Positions 19,760-29,923 of a stretch of 64,000 bases of DNA are shown here, piece after piece. The notes below the pieces were generated by a model. It had not been told where the DNA came from. It did not search any database and saw only the letters and a list, made by a program, of their open reading frames with translations. The stretch comes from Nitrospirota bacterium (GTDB lineage Bacteria; Nitrospirota; UBA9217), in contig CAWBNQ010000003.1 of assembly GCA_963790205.1 (NCBI GenBank), positions 960,001-1,024,000 of the forward strand, given 5' to 3'. The translations under genes and the position numbers were made by a program. Within the stretch, counting starts at the first letter, position 1. Every line of letters begins with the position of its first letter.

Positions 19760-22003
19760 ATGGATTACCTAGATAATTTAAACCCTCCCCAGCGCGAGGC
19801 GGTGTTTTACGGCGATGGGCCGCTCCTGATCCTGGCGGGCGCGGGGAGCGGAAAGACGCGCGTGATCACCTGCAGGATAGCGCACCTGATCCGGGAGCGG
19901 GGCGTTGATCCGGGAAATATCCTCGCGGTCACCTTTACGAACAAGGCGGCGAACGAGATGCGGGAGCGGCTCGAGCGGATGCTCGATATTCCGCTCGGGC
20001 GCGGCATCGGGTACGGCGGGCTCTGGATCAGCACGTTCCACTCGGCCTGCGTCAGGGTCCTGCGGCAGCACATCAACGCGCTCGGCTACAAAAAGAACTT
20101 TGTGATCTACGACGAGACGGACCGCTCGTCGCTCGTGAAGGCCTGCGCGGCAGACCTGAGGATCGACACGGAGCGGTACCAGCCGCGCGCGATCGGGGCA
20201 AAGATCAGCGCGCTCAAGAACAACCTGACTGACGCCGGGGAGTTCGCAAGAACGGGCGCCGGGTTCGGTTTCGACGAGGCCGTCAGCCGGGTCTATTCGC
20301 TGTATGAGGAGAAGCTCAAAGAGTCGGGCGGGCTTGATTTCGACGACCTGCTCATGCTCACGGTGCGGCTCTTCGAACGGGACCGCGACGTACTTGCGTA
20401 TTACCAGGGCCTGTTCCAGCACATCCTGATCGACGAGTACCAGGACACGAACCGCGCCCAGTACCGGCTCGTGCGGCTGCTCACGGCGCAGCATAAGAAC
20501 CTCTGCGTGGTGGGGGACGACGACCAGAGCATTTACAAGTTCCGCGGGGCCGACATCTCGAACATCCTGAACTTCGAGAAGGACTATCCCGATGCGCGGG
20601 TGATCAAGCTGGAGCAGAACTATCGCTCGACGCAGAACATCCTGGGCGCCGCCGGCGCGGTGGTGGCCCGCAACCTCGGCAGGAAGGCCAAGGAGCTCTG
20701 GACGGAGAGGCGCGGCGGCGACAAGATCCTGTGCTACAAGGCGCAGGACGAGAAGGACGAAGCGCGCTATATCTGCAAGACAATTCAGAAAGAGGTGGAT
20801 GAGGGCAGGAGCCTGCGGGAGATGGCGGTGCTCTACCGCACCAACGCCCAGTCGCGCGCGCTTGAGGATTCGCTCAGGAACTGGGGCACCCCGTACCGGA
20901 TCTTCGGCGGCCTGCGGTTCTATGACCGCAAGGAGATCAAGGACGTCATCGCCTATCTCCGGGTCCTGCAGAATCCCGCCGATCTCGTGAGCCTGCACCG
21001 GATCATCAATGTGCCTGCGCGCGGCATCGGTGATACGACGATCGAGAAGCTCGAAACAGCGGCGACAGAGGCCGGCGTCAGCCTGTACCAGGAGGTGGTC
21101 GATCCGGAACGTGCGGCGATCACGCCGTCGGCGCGGAAAAAGCTCGGTGAGTTCGCTGCGATGATGGAACGCCTGCGATCGGACCTGGGATCGTTGTCCA
21201 TCACGGACCTTGTGCGCCGGGTCGTCCATGAGAGCGGATACGCGGCGGCCCTCGAACAGGATAAGAACGTGGAGTCCCGGATCAGGCTGGAAAACCTGAA
21301 CGAACTCATGACCGCGACCGAGGACTTCCAGGAGCAGAACCGGGACGCGTCGCTCGGGGCCTTTCTGGACCAAGTGGCCCTGATCACCGATTCGGAGCAG
21401 CAGGTTTCAGCCGAAGGCAGACGCGGCAGCGGCGACACGGTGACGCTCATGACGCTCCATAATGCCAAGGGGCTCGAGTTTTCCGTGGTCTTCATGGCGG
21501 GCATGGAGGAAGGGCTTTTCCCTCATTCACGTTCGGCGGAGAGCGAGGAGGAGCTCGAAGAGGAGCGCCGACTGTGTTACGTCGGGATCACGCGGGCCAA
21601 AGAACGGCTTATTCTTACCCACGCTGCCGAGCGCAGGCTCTATGGATATCCCCAGGCCAACCTGGTTTCGCGCTTTGTGCAGGAGATCCCGGCAGATGCC
21701 ATGGAAAAGACAGGCGGAGATGAAGCTGAAGCGTATACTTTCCGGGACCGGACGCAGTGGAGTTCCGGCCTCTCCAGCCCCGCAGAACAAGCCGTAAAAA
21801 TGACGAGTTTGCCACGCCAGTCGGCGAAAGCCGGGGCGAACGCCCCGTATTACAAAGGCGCCGTGGTGCGGCATGCGAAGTTCGGACTCGGCACGGTGCA
21901 GCGCTCGGAGGGGGCAGGGGACGAGCTCAAGATCAGCGTCAGTTTCCCCGGGCACGGGGTGAAGATGCTTGCGGTGAAATACGCGAACCTGGAAGTGATT
22001 TAA
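19760..22003 (+). CDS. pcrA: ATP-dependent DNA helicase PcrA/UvrD
   Basis: AGAGSGKT, TFTNKAA, DEYQDTN, VGDDDQSIY, LEQNYRST, TLHNAKGLEF, EEERRLCYVGITRA and C-terminal VRHAKFGLG Tudor-like domain. Confidence 0.95.
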   Translation: MDYLDNLNPPQREAVFYGDGPLLILAGAGSGKTRVITCRIAHLIRERGVDPGNILAVTFTNKAANEMRERLERMLDIPLGRGIGYGGLWISTFHSACVRVLRQHINALGYKKNFVIYDETDRSSLVKACAADLRIDTERYQPRAIGAKISALKNNLTDAGEFARTGAGFGFDEAVSRVYSLYEEKLKESGGLDFDDLLMLTVRLFERDRDVLAYYQGLFQHILIDEYQDTNRAQYRLVRLLTAQHKNLCVVGDDDQSIYKFRGADISNILNFEKDYPDARVIKLEQNYRSTQNILGAAGAVVARNLGRKAKELWTERRGGDKILCYKAQDEKDEARYICKTIQKEVDEGRSLREMAVLYRTNAQSRALEDSLRNWGTPYRIFGGLRFYDRKEIKDVIAYLRVLQNPADLVSLHRIINVPARGIGDTTIEKLETAATEAGVSLYQEVVDPERAAITPSARKKLGEFAAMMERLRSDLGSLSITDLVRRVVHESGYAAALEQDKNVESRIRLENLNELMTATEDFQEQNRDASLGAFLDQVALITDSEQQVSAEGRRGSGDTVTLMTLHNAKGLEFSVVFMAGMEEGLFPHSRSAESEEELEEERRLCYVGITRAKERLILTHAAERRLYGYPQANLVSRFVQEIPADAMEKTGGDEAEAYTFRDRTQWSSGLSSPAEQAVKMTSLPRQSAKAGANAPYYKGAVVRHAKFGLGTVQRSEGAGDELKISVSFPGHGVKMLAVKYANLEVI

Positions 22004-22007
22004 TACA

Positions 22008-22084
22008 TTAACCACAGAGCACGCAGAGAGTAAAACTAGAATCTTCAATTTTTAATGCATTACTCTGTGACCACTGTGGTTAAA
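22008..22084. repeat. imperfect inverted repeat built of roughly 9-mer units between pcrA and gatC
   Basis: TTAACCACAGAGCACGCAGAGAGTAA ... TTACTCTGTGACCACTGTGGTTAA. Confidence 0.7.
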
Positions 22085-22096
22085 AGGGGATTTTCT

Positions 22097-22384
22097 ATGA
22101 AAATTACAAAACAGGAAGTTGAACATGTGGCAAAACTCGGCAGGCTGGAGCTTTCGGAGCAGGAGAAGGTGCATTTAACGGACCAGCTCTCGAACATCCT
22201 CACGTATGTGGAAAAGCTCAATGAGCTCGACACCAAAGGCGTGGAGCCGACGTCTCACGTGCTGGACATCAATAATGTCATGCGCGACGATGTCCCCGGA
22301 GAGAGCCTTTCCCAAGAACGGGCGCTGTCCAACGCGCCCGACAAGGCAGCCGGACACTACCGCGTGCCGCTGATCATCGAGTAA
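22097..22384 (+). CDS. gatC: Asp/Glu-tRNA amidotransferase subunit C
   Basis: MKITKQEVEHVAKLGRL, LDTKGVEPTSH, ALSNAP and VP.IIE. Confidence 0.96.
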   Translation: MKITKQEVEHVAKLGRLELSEQEKVHLTDQLSNILTYVEKLNELDTKGVEPTSHVLDINNVMRDDVPGESLSQERALSNAPDKAAGHYRVPLIIE

Positions 22385-22457
22385 GTGCGGATTGCGAATT
22401 GCGGAATGAAAGTTACCAGCCGCATGTTTTATTTTAGCTAAGGAATTGAGGAATGAA

Positions 22458-22835
22458 ATGTTCAGACTGATGCTGCGATCAAAGATCCACCGTGCAACCG
22501 TGACGGACGCGAACCTCGAGTACGAAGGGAGCCTGACGATAGACCCCCTACTCCTGGAGGCCGCTGATATGCTTCCGTATGAGCAAGTGAGGGTATCGAA
22601 CCTCAATAACGGAGAACGGTTCGAGACCTATATCATACCGGGCAAACGCGGGTCGGGTGATATGTGCCTGAACGGCCCGACGTCAAGGAAGGGAGCAAAA
22701 GGAGATAAGATCATCGTCTTCTGCTACGAGTATTACAACGAGCAGGAGCTGAAGACCTTCAAACCCAATATCGTGCTGGTCGATGACCATAATCTGATCG
22801 TTTCCGTAGGCCACACCATTAAAGATAAGGAGTAG
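22458..22835 (+). CDS. panD: aspartate 1-decarboxylase
   Basis: [21 protein letters not shown] (Gly-Ser self-cleavage site), NGERFETY and LNGP. Confidence 0.96.
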   Translation: MFRLMLRSKIHRATVTDANLEYEGSLTIDPLLLEAADMLPYEQVRVSNLNNGERFETYIIPGKRGSGDMCLNGPTSRKGAKGDKIIVFCYEYYNEQELKTFKPNIVLVDDHNLIVSVGHTIKDKE

Positions 22836-22837
22836 GC

Positions 22838-24298
22838 ATGGAGCTCTACCATCTCACGGTCCACGAACTGCACGACATGCTGAAAAAAGGCGAGACCACT
22901 TCCCAGGCCATTACTGAATCGGTACTTGGCAGGATCAAAGCCGTGGACGACAAGGTCAAGGCCTACCTTACGGTGACCGGGGACATCGCCCGCGCGCAGG
23001 CGCAGGCAGCGGACAAACGCATCAAGGCGGGTGACACTGCGTCGCCGCTTCTCGGCATACCGATCGCGATCAAGGACAATATGTGCACCGAGGGCATCAG
23101 GACCACCTGCGCATCGAAGATACTCGAGAATTTCGTCCCTCCCTATGACGCGACCGTTGTCCGGAAGCTGAACGAGGCGGGCATGGTCCTTTGCGGCAAA
23201 CCGAACATGGACGAGTTTGCCATGGGCTCGTCCACGGAAAACTCGGGGTTTTTCATCACGAAAAATCCGTGGGACCTCGAACGCATTCCCGGCGGATCGA
23301 GCGGCGGCTCGGCGGCAGCGGTAGCGGCCGATGAGTGCATCGGTTCGCTCGGCTCCGATACGGGCGGCTCCATCAGACAGCCGGCGTCCTGCTGCGGGGT
23401 TGTGGGGCTCAAGCCGACCTACGGAAGGGTCTCCCGCTACGGGCTGGTGGCGTTCGCGTCCTCGCTGGACCAGATCGGCCCGATCACCAAGGACGTCAAG
23501 GACGCGGCGCTGCTTATGAATGTCATTGCAGGCCATGATCCCAAAGACTCCACATCGGCAAATATTCCCGCACCCGATTTTACCAAAGCGCTCAAAAAAG
23601 ACGTAAAAGGCCTGAAGATCGGTTTGCCGAAGGAGTATTTCATCGAAGGCATGGACCCGGATGTGGAGAAAGCGATCAGGGACGCGGTCAAGACCCTCGA
23701 GGGCCTGGGGGCGAAGGTGGTCGAAGTTTCGCTTCCCCACTCGGACTATGCCGTTGCCACCTACTATATTCTCGCAACGTCCGAGGCGAGCTCGAACCTC
23801 GCGCGCTACGACGGCGTGAAGTACGGTTTTCGCGCCCAGGGCGCCAGGGACCTTCTGGACATGTACATGAAATCCCGCAGCCAGGGTTTCGGGTCCGAGG
23901 TGAAACGCAGGATCATGCTCGGCACGTACGCGCTCTCCGCCGGATATTATGAGGCCTATTACAAAAAAGGGCAGCAGGCGCGGACGCTGATCAAGCGCGA
24001 TTTCGATGAAGCATTCAAAAGCGTCGATGTCATCGCGACCCCGACGGCCCCCACGGCGGCGTTCAAGATCGGGGAGAAATCCTCCGACCCGCTCCAGATG
24101 TACTTGTCGGACATATTCACTATCAGCGTGAACCTTGCGGGCATCCCGGGGATGTCGCTTCCCTGCGGATTTACGAAAGGAAAACTTCCGGTCGGGCTCC
24201 AGCTCCTCGGCAGGCACTTCAACGAGGAAGCGATCATCCATGCGGCCTATGCCTACGAGCAGGCGACGGAGTGGCACAGGATGAAACCGAAATTGTAG
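22838..24298 (+). CDS. gatA: Asp/Glu-tRNA amidotransferase subunit A
   Basis: Amidase signature [31 protein letters not shown] and [10 protein letters not shown]. Confidence 0.98.
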   Translation: MELYHLTVHELHDMLKKGETTSQAITESVLGRIKAVDDKVKAYLTVTGDIARAQAQAADKRIKAGDTASPLLGIPIAIKDNMCTEGIRTTCASKILENFVPPYDATVVRKLNEAGMVLCGKPNMDEFAMGSSTENSGFFITKNPWDLERIPGGSSGGSAAAVAADECIGSLGSDTGGSIRQPASCCGVVGLKPTYGRVSRYGLVAFASSLDQIGPITKDVKDAALLMNVIAGHDPKDSTSANIPAPDFTKALKKDVKGLKIGLPKEYFIEGMDPDVEKAIRDAVKTLEGLGAKVVEVSLPHSDYAVATYYILATSEASSNLARYDGVKYGFRAQGARDLLDMYMKSRSQGFGSEVKRRIMLGTYALSAGYYEAYYKKGQQARTLIKRDFDEAFKSVDVIATPTAPTAAFKIGEKSSDPLQMYLSDIFTISVNLAGIPGMSLPCGFTKGKLPVGLQLLGRHFNEEAIIHAAYAYEQATEWHRMKPKL

Positions 24299-24332
24299 AT
24301 TTCGGATTGAAAAAACATCAGCGAGGTAATTC

Positions 24333-25769
24333 ATGAAATACGAGGCAGTGATCGGGCTGGAAGTGCATGCGCAACTCCAGACGAATACGAAAATATTCTG
24401 CGAATGTGAAACGAAATTCGGAGAAGACGCCAACACCCGGACCTGCCCGGTCTGCATCGGCATGCCCGGCGTGCTGCCGGTGCTGAATAAAAAGGCCGTC
24501 GAGTTCATCGTTAAAACCGGCCTCGCCACGCACTGCACGATCAGCTCTTACAGCCGGTTTGCGCGGAAGAACTACTTTTATCCCGACCTCCCCAAAGGTT
24601 ACCAGATCTCTCAATATGAGCTGCCGGTTTGTGAAAAGGGCTATGTCGAGATCGTGGTCAACGGAAAGGTCAAGCGCATCGGGCTCACGCGGATCCATCT
24701 CGAAGAGGACGCGGGCAAGAACCTGCACCAGCCCGAAGGCGGGGCGAGCCTCGTGGACCTGAACCGGGCCGGCACGCCGCTCATGGAGATCGTGTCCGAG
24801 CCGGACATCCGCACCTCCGAAGAAGCGTCCGAGTATCTCAAAAAACTTCGCGCGATCCTCCGCTACATCGAGGTATCGGACGCGGACATGGAAAAAGGCA
24901 ACTTCCGGTGCGACGCCAACGTCTCGATCCGGCCTGTCGGCGCAAAGGAGTTCGGCACCCGGGCCGAGGTGAAGAACGTGAACTCCTTCAAGTTCGTGCA
25001 GAAAGCGCTCGAGTATGAGATCAAGCGGCAAGCGCAGGTCCTCGACGATGGAGGCAAGGTCATCCAGGAGACACGGCTCTTCGATTCGACCAAGGGCGTT
25101 ACCTTCTCCATGCGGAGCAAGGAAGAGGCTCACGATTACCGGTACTTCCCCGAGCCCGACCTCGTGCCCATCGTCGTATCGCGGGAAACCGTCGAGATCA
25201 TCGGAAAGACCATCCCCGAGCTTCCCGACGCCAGGCGGGAACGGTTCGCGAAAGAGTATGGCCTGCCCGAGTACGACGCCGATATGCTGACCCAGAGCAG
25301 GGCCACGGCTGATTATTATGAGAAAATGGTAAAAAAAGTCACACCATCCAATGCAAAAGAAGCCGCAAATTTGATGTTGGGAGAGTATTTAAGATTGCTG
25401 AATTTAGATAATAGAGATTTTAGTACTTCTACATTATCTCCGGAAATAAGTGGAGGAGTTATCGCTTTAATTGATAAAGGGGTCATTTCCAAAAAGATAG
25501 CCAAGACCGTGTTCGAGGAGATGTATAAAACGGGAAAGGACGCGGAAACGGTTGTCAAGGAGCAGGGGCTGGTACAGGTGTCGGACACCGGCGCCATCGA
25601 AACGATCATCGATGAAGTGATCAAGGCCAATCCGGCCCAGGCCTCGGATTATAAAGCGGGGAAAGAAAAGCTGTTCGGTTTCTTCGTGGGCCAGGTGATG
25701 AAGGCGAGCAAGGGCAAGGCGAACCCCGAGCTCGTGAACCAATTGTTGAAGAAGAAGCTGACCGAATAG
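24333..25769 (+). CDS. gatB: Asp/Glu-tRNA amidotransferase subunit B
   Basis: [44 protein letters not shown] and [15 protein letters not shown]. Confidence 0.98.
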   Translation: MKYEAVIGLEVHAQLQTNTKIFCECETKFGEDANTRTCPVCIGMPGVLPVLNKKAVEFIVKTGLATHCTISSYSRFARKNYFYPDLPKGYQISQYELPVCEKGYVEIVVNGKVKRIGLTRIHLEEDAGKNLHQPEGGASLVDLNRAGTPLMEIVSEPDIRTSEEASEYLKKLRAILRYIEVSDADMEKGNFRCDANVSIRPVGAKEFGTRAEVKNVNSFKFVQKALEYEIKRQAQVLDDGGKVIQETRLFDSTKGVTFSMRSKEEAHDYRYFPEPDLVPIVVSRETVEIIGKTIPELPDARRERFAKEYGLPEYDADMLTQSRATADYYEKMVKKVTPSNAKEAANLMLGEYLRLLNLDNRDFSTSTLSPEISGGVIALIDKGVISKKIAKTVFEEMYKTGKDAETVVKEQGLVQVSDTGAIETIIDEVIKANPAQASDYKAGKEKLFGFFVGQVMKASKGKANPELVNQLLKKKLTE

Positions 25770-25816
25770 TAAACTCGCAATTCGAATTTCGAAATTATAC
25801 GGTAGGGGGATAAACA

Positions 25817-26509
25817 ATGCTTCAGTCAATGCACAAACACATGAAATGGATTATGTGGGCCATCGTCGTTCTCGTGACGGTCACCTTTATGTTCTTCGGC
25901 ATGTATCCGTCATCCGTAAGCGGCAGAACGGTCGCGAGGGTGGACGGCTATGTGATCAGCGCCGATGACCTGAACCGGGTTTACCGGAACATGGAGGAGA
26001 ATTACCGGCAGATCATGAAAGACCAGTTCAACGAAAATTTTGCAAAGACGCTCAGGAGCCAGGCGCTCCGCGAACTGGTCCAAAACAGGCTGCTTGTTCA
26101 GGAGGCTGATCGCGTCGGCCTGCGCGTTACCGATGAGGAGCTCCAGTCCTATATCATGCAGATACCGGCCTTCCTCGTTGGGGGCAGGTTCGACAAAAGG
26201 GTTTATGAGCGCGCGCTCCAGAACATCAATATGACGCCGGCGCAGTTCGAAGCAAACCAGCGCGAATATCTGCTCAGGCAGAAACTGGAACATCTCGTTG
26301 AAGACGGCGTCGCGGTGACGGATGCAGAACTTTCCGCGGCGTACGCGTCCAAAAACCCGAAAGCTAAGCCCGGTGATTTTGAGAAGAACAAGGTCGCTTT
26401 CAAACAGACCTACCTGGCGGAGAAGCAGAGGACCGCACTCGACGCTTTCGTGAGGGGTCTCGGGAACAAGGCCACGATAACGATAGACGATAAGGCGCTT
26501 GCTTCTTAA
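25817..26509 (+). CDS. SurA N-terminal domain protein (PpiD-like, no PPIase domain visible)
   Basis: N-terminal TM helix, VARVDG..I, LL.QEA...GL.VTDEEL...I..IPAF and GRFDKR.Y. Confidence 0.85.
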   Translation: MLQSMHKHMKWIMWAIVVLVTVTFMFFGMYPSSVSGRTVARVDGYVISADDLNRVYRNMEENYRQIMKDQFNENFAKTLRSQALRELVQNRLLVQEADRVGLRVTDEELQSYIMQIPAFLVGGRFDKRVYERALQNINMTPAQFEANQREYLLRQKLEHLVEDGVAVTDAELSAAYASKNPKAKPGDFEKNKVAFKQTYLAEKQRTALDAFVRGLGNKATITIDDKALAS

Positions 26510-26569
26510 GAGCGCCTGTTGTCTGACCTGAGCTTGCCGGGGGCTCCCACGGCTCCCGCTTTCGCTCTA

Positions 26570-27979
26570 TCAAAAATATCCCGGATACTGATCAGCGGCC
26601 AAACAGTCAAAGAGGTGAATCAGGCTTTTGCAACCTTTTTCCCAGTCGGCGATCAGAAGGCTTTCGTTTTCAGAATGGGCGGCCGTGTACGGGTCGCCGA
26701 CACCGAAGAGCAGGGCCGGTACGCCGCCGAGCGCGTCTGTCATGGTCTGTACAAACGGTATGGACCCGCCCGCCCCGACAACGACGGGTTTTTCCCCGTA
26801 GCCCTTTTCGAGCGCCGAAAGCGCCGCTTCAAACATCGGGCCCCGCGTATCGGTCCGCCACCAGCGCGAAGGCGATTCCGGCTCGATCTTCACCTCCACT
26901 CCCCAGGGCGCCTGTTTCAACAAGTGCTGCTTAAGCAGCGTGAGCGTCTCTTCCGGATCCATGTCGGGGACGATCCGGATGCCGACGCGCGCCCACGCCA
27001 CGTCGTTGATGATGTTTGCAGCCTGCTTGCGGCTGCTCGCCTCGATTGCGTTGACGGCAATAGACGGCCGGTGCCACATTTTTTCGTATACCGATCCGTC
27101 GCCGCCGGTGATCGCAACGCCTTCCAGAATATTCCCCTGTTTTCGATAGAGGGTTTCATCAAAGGGCAGGCTGTCCAGTGCCCTCTTTTCTGCCGGGGAG
27201 ATGCGTCGTACTTTGTCAAGCAGGCCCGGAATGGCGGGCCTGCCCTGTTCATCGACAAGGCTTGCGAGCATCTTTGACAATGCAAGTACCGGGTCCGGGA
27301 GCGGTCCGCCCCAGGTGCCCGAATGCACGCTCGACGAAAGGGAGCGCACCTCGACGTTCACCGTCACAATGCCGCGGAGCGAAGCGGTCAGAGAAGGGAC
27401 GCCGCTGTCGAAGTTTTCGCTGTCCGCAATAAGGACCACATCCGCCGAAAAAAGTTCTCGATGGTCCTGGAGCAGTTTATCCAGGTTCGTCGATCCCACC
27501 TCTTCCTCACCCTCGATCAAAACCTTCACGTTCACAGGCAGACCCCCGGTTGAAGCAAGATACGACGCGATGGCCGCGGCTTGCATCACGACCCCCGCTT
27601 TGTCGTCTGAGACCCCCCGTCCATACAGCCGTCCCTTTCGCTCGGTTGGCTCGAAGGGGGGAGATGTCCACAGTTCCTCCCGACCGATCGGCTGGACGTC
27701 ATGGTGAGCATACAGCAGGAGCGTCGGCTTCCCGGGCGCCCCCGTCCATTGACCGAATATTGACGGATGGCCGTCTCCGGTCTCAAGAATGCGGACGTTC
27801 TTGAGCCCGCTTCGTGACAGGAGCTTCGCCACGGCCCCGGCACTTATTCTGACCGGGACCGGATCGAAGCCCGGGAAACTCACGCTCGGGATGCGGACGA
27901 GGTCTTTGAGATCGTTCAGATGTTCAGCTTTATGTCTGCTGAAATGTTCGAGCGCGGAGTTCAGGGTTTGATTGCTCAT
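26570..27979 (-). CDS. M20 family dipeptidase
   Basis: LLYAHHDVQP, LYGRGVSDDKAG, IEGEEEVGS, HSG, GGSIPF and AHSENES; start at ATG 27979. Confidence 0.93.
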   Translation of the reverse strand: MSNQTLNSALEHFSRHKAEHLNDLKDLVRIPSVSFPGFDPVPVRISAGAVAKLLSRSGLKNVRILETGDGHPSIFGQWTGAPGKPTLLLYAHHDVQPIGREELWTSPPFEPTERKGRLYGRGVSDDKAGVVMQAAAIASYLASTGGLPVNVKVLIEGEEEVGSTNLDKLLQDHRELFSADVVLIADSENFDSGVPSLTASLRGIVTVNVEVRSLSSSVHSGTWGGPLPDPVLALSKMLASLVDEQGRPAIPGLLDKVRRISPAEKRALDSLPFDETLYRKQGNILEGVAITGGDGSVYEKMWHRPSIAVNAIEASSRKQAANIINDVAWARVGIRIVPDMDPEETLTLLKQHLLKQAPWGVEVKIEPESPSRWWRTDTRGPMFEAALSALEKGYGEKPVVVGAGGSIPFVQTMTDALGGVPALLFGVGDPYTAAHSENESLLIADWEKGCKSLIHLFDCLAADQYPGYF

Positions 27980-28291
27980 GAAACACCTCTTCTGATGTGA
28001 TGACCTGACAGCGTATGAAAATACTTTTTTATTATATACTACATCCATCATTTCAACCAACTTTTTTTAATTTACCTCTATATGGGGAGAGGCGAAAAGG
28101 ACTTACCGCGCATGCCCGATCAAAATAAACGGCAGGGAGCGCCGGACAGGGAAAGCTTTAAAACAAATTAAGAATATCCTGCACGGACCATACTGCTTCC
28201 CGTATCGCGCGAATAACGTCGTATTCCGGAATAAAACAATATTATATTTTGGTGATATTAATTAAATAATATAAATGGCAACGAATAAAAC

Positions 28292-28336
28292 TTGACAAGA
28301 GCGGCCATGCCTGTTAATGTTGTGTGCATATGCACA
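28292..28336 (+). promoter_or_regulatory. sigma70 promoter and palindromic operator at the start of the co-oriented island
   Basis: TTGACA (28292-28297), 17 bp spacer, TAATGT (28315-28320); perfect palindrome TGTGCATATGCACA (28323-28336). Confidence 0.7.
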
Positions 28337-28351
28337 ATAAAGAGGATGGAT

Positions 28352-28627
28352 ATGTCGCCAAGGTGCAAGAAGCCGCGGAACTGCAAATGCAAGTTTAAAG
28401 GCAAAGCGTTCAAGCCCACATGCATTCCGATGTCCGAGATCGAGCAGGTGCCCTTGTTGCGTGAAGAGCTTGAGGCTTTAAAACTTTGCGATCTTGATGA
28501 CCTTACTCAAGCGGAGGCCGGCACGAGGATGGGTGTATCAAGAGGAACCATTCAAAGAATCCTCACCGTTGCGAGGAAAAAGGTTGCGAAAGCCCTGAGC
28601 AAAGGCCAGGCTATCGTATTTGAATAA
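28352..28627 (+). CDS. DUF134 domain HTH protein
   Basis: MSPR.KKPR.C, FKP..IP, EELEALKLCD..LTQ.EAG.RMGVSRGTIQRIL..ARKKVA.AL. Confidence 0.92.
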   Translation: MSPRCKKPRNCKCKFKGKAFKPTCIPMSEIEQVPLLREELEALKLCDLDDLTQAEAGTRMGVSRGTIQRILTVARKKVAKALSKGQAIVFE

Positions 28628-28661
28628 TCGTCGTATAAACCATACCAAGGAGGAACATCAC

Positions 28662-29042
28662 ATGAAAATCTGTTTTCCAGTCCAGAATGACAATGGCATC
28701 GAGAGCGCCGTGTACAATCACTTCGGCTCCGCACCGGTATTTGTCGTTTTCGATACGGACACGAACAGTGTCGCGTCGATCAACAATCGGGACCAGCACC
28801 ACACGCATGGCGCATGCAACCCGATGAAGGCACTTGACAATCAAAAAGTAGATGCTATTGTCGTTGGCGGCATCGGAGCGGGCGCGCTCACGAGGCTGAA
28901 CCAGATGGGGATCACGGTGCATCGCTCACAGGGGGAGACAATACGGGAAAATATTTCGATGTTTCAGGCTAAAACCCTTCCCGTACTGACGGTCCAGGGG
29001 TGCTGCGGCGGCCATAGCGACGACGGGGGCTGCGCCCATTAA
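28662..29042 (+). CDS. NifB/NifX-family (IssA-like) metallocluster-binding protein
   Basis: MKICFP, HFGSAP.F, HG.CNP, VDAIVVGGIGAGA and a Cys/His-rich tail. Confidence 0.9.
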   Translation: MKICFPVQNDNGIESAVYNHFGSAPVFVVFDTDTNSVASINNRDQHHTHGACNPMKALDNQKVDAIVVGGIGAGALTRLNQMGITVHRSQGETIRENISMFQAKTLPVLTVQGCCGGHSDDGGCAH

Positions 29043-29073
29043 GAATCATCGTCAGCATCACAAGGAGAATAAG

Positions 29074-29442
29074 ATGGAAAACAAGGAATTCGTCTTCGTG
29101 CTCTCTCATTCGTATGATGCTATTGAACGCGCAGCTGCGGCGCTCCAACTTGCCACGAACATGGCGGCTTTCGACGCCAAAATAGATTTCTTTCTTATAA
29201 ATGAGGGAGTGCATCTCGCCAAAAAAGGATTCGCCGAATCGGTCACTTGGCAGAAGGGATTTTCACCTGTTGCTGAGCTTATGAAAAGCCTGGTTGAGGA
29301 GTTCGACTGCAAGTTTTATATCTGCGCATCCTGCGTAAAACCCTACGGGCTTGAAGGCGCTGAGTGGATTAAGAATGCAGAGGTCAAACCTGGCTCCTAT
29401 CTCGGCGAATTGCTTATGAAAAGGCAGAATGTGACGTTTTAA
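29074..29442 (+). CDS. DsrE-family sulfur relay protein
   Basis: FFLINEGVHLAKKG and FYICASC motifs. Confidence 0.85.
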   Translation: MENKEFVFVLSHSYDAIERAAAALQLATNMAAFDAKIDFFLINEGVHLAKKGFAESVTWQKGFSPVAELMKSLVEEFDCKFYICASCVKPYGLEGAEWIKNAEVKPGSYLGELLMKRQNVTF

Positions 29443-29521
29443 AGAGGGTGCCGCTCACAGAATGATCCAAGCGTATCTCCGGAAAGAACTACGACTATCA
29501 CAGACAAAGAGGGAAAGAATT

Positions 29522-29923
29522 ATGGCTAGAATGCTGGCAGCAATCATCGTGAGCATCATGCTCGCTGCAGCAGTTAATCAGGCGCAGGCGGGCAATCCGC
29601 CAGCTCCGCTCAGTACTCCGGAGATAAGGCGGAGCATCAGCTCCGGCAAAAAGACGATCATCTTTTTTCTCAATCCGAACGGAGGCCCCTGTAGGGCTCA
29701 GAACGAGGTGCTCACCGGTCTTCAGAAGGACAGAAAGAACAATTTCAACGTTGCCTATGTGAGCGCAATGCAGCAGGAGAACCGGAAGGCTTTCTATGAC
29801 TATGGAGTGCGCGGTCTTCCGACGCTGGTGCTCGTGGACGGCAGCGGCAAGATCAACAGGGTGTTTCCTCCAGGCATCCAATCCTATGATGCTCTGGCAG
29901 CGGCGCTGGATGGCATCAAGTAG
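29522..29923 (+). CDS. exported thioredoxin-fold protein (single Cys)
   Basis: Signal peptide, FFLNPNGGPC, YGVRGLPTLVLVDGSGKI cis-Pro loop. Confidence 0.8.
   Translation: MARMLAAIIVSIMLAAAVNQAQAGNPPAPLSTPEIRRSISSGKKTIIFFLNPNGGPCRAQNEVLTGLQKDRKNNFNVAYVSAMQQENRKAFYDYGVRGLPTLVLVDGSGKINRVFPPGIQSYDALAAALDGIK

Noticed and set aside
28662..29042. Nitrogen fixation gene
   Set aside because: NifB/NifX-like domains are common outside nif clusters; no nifHDK in the window.
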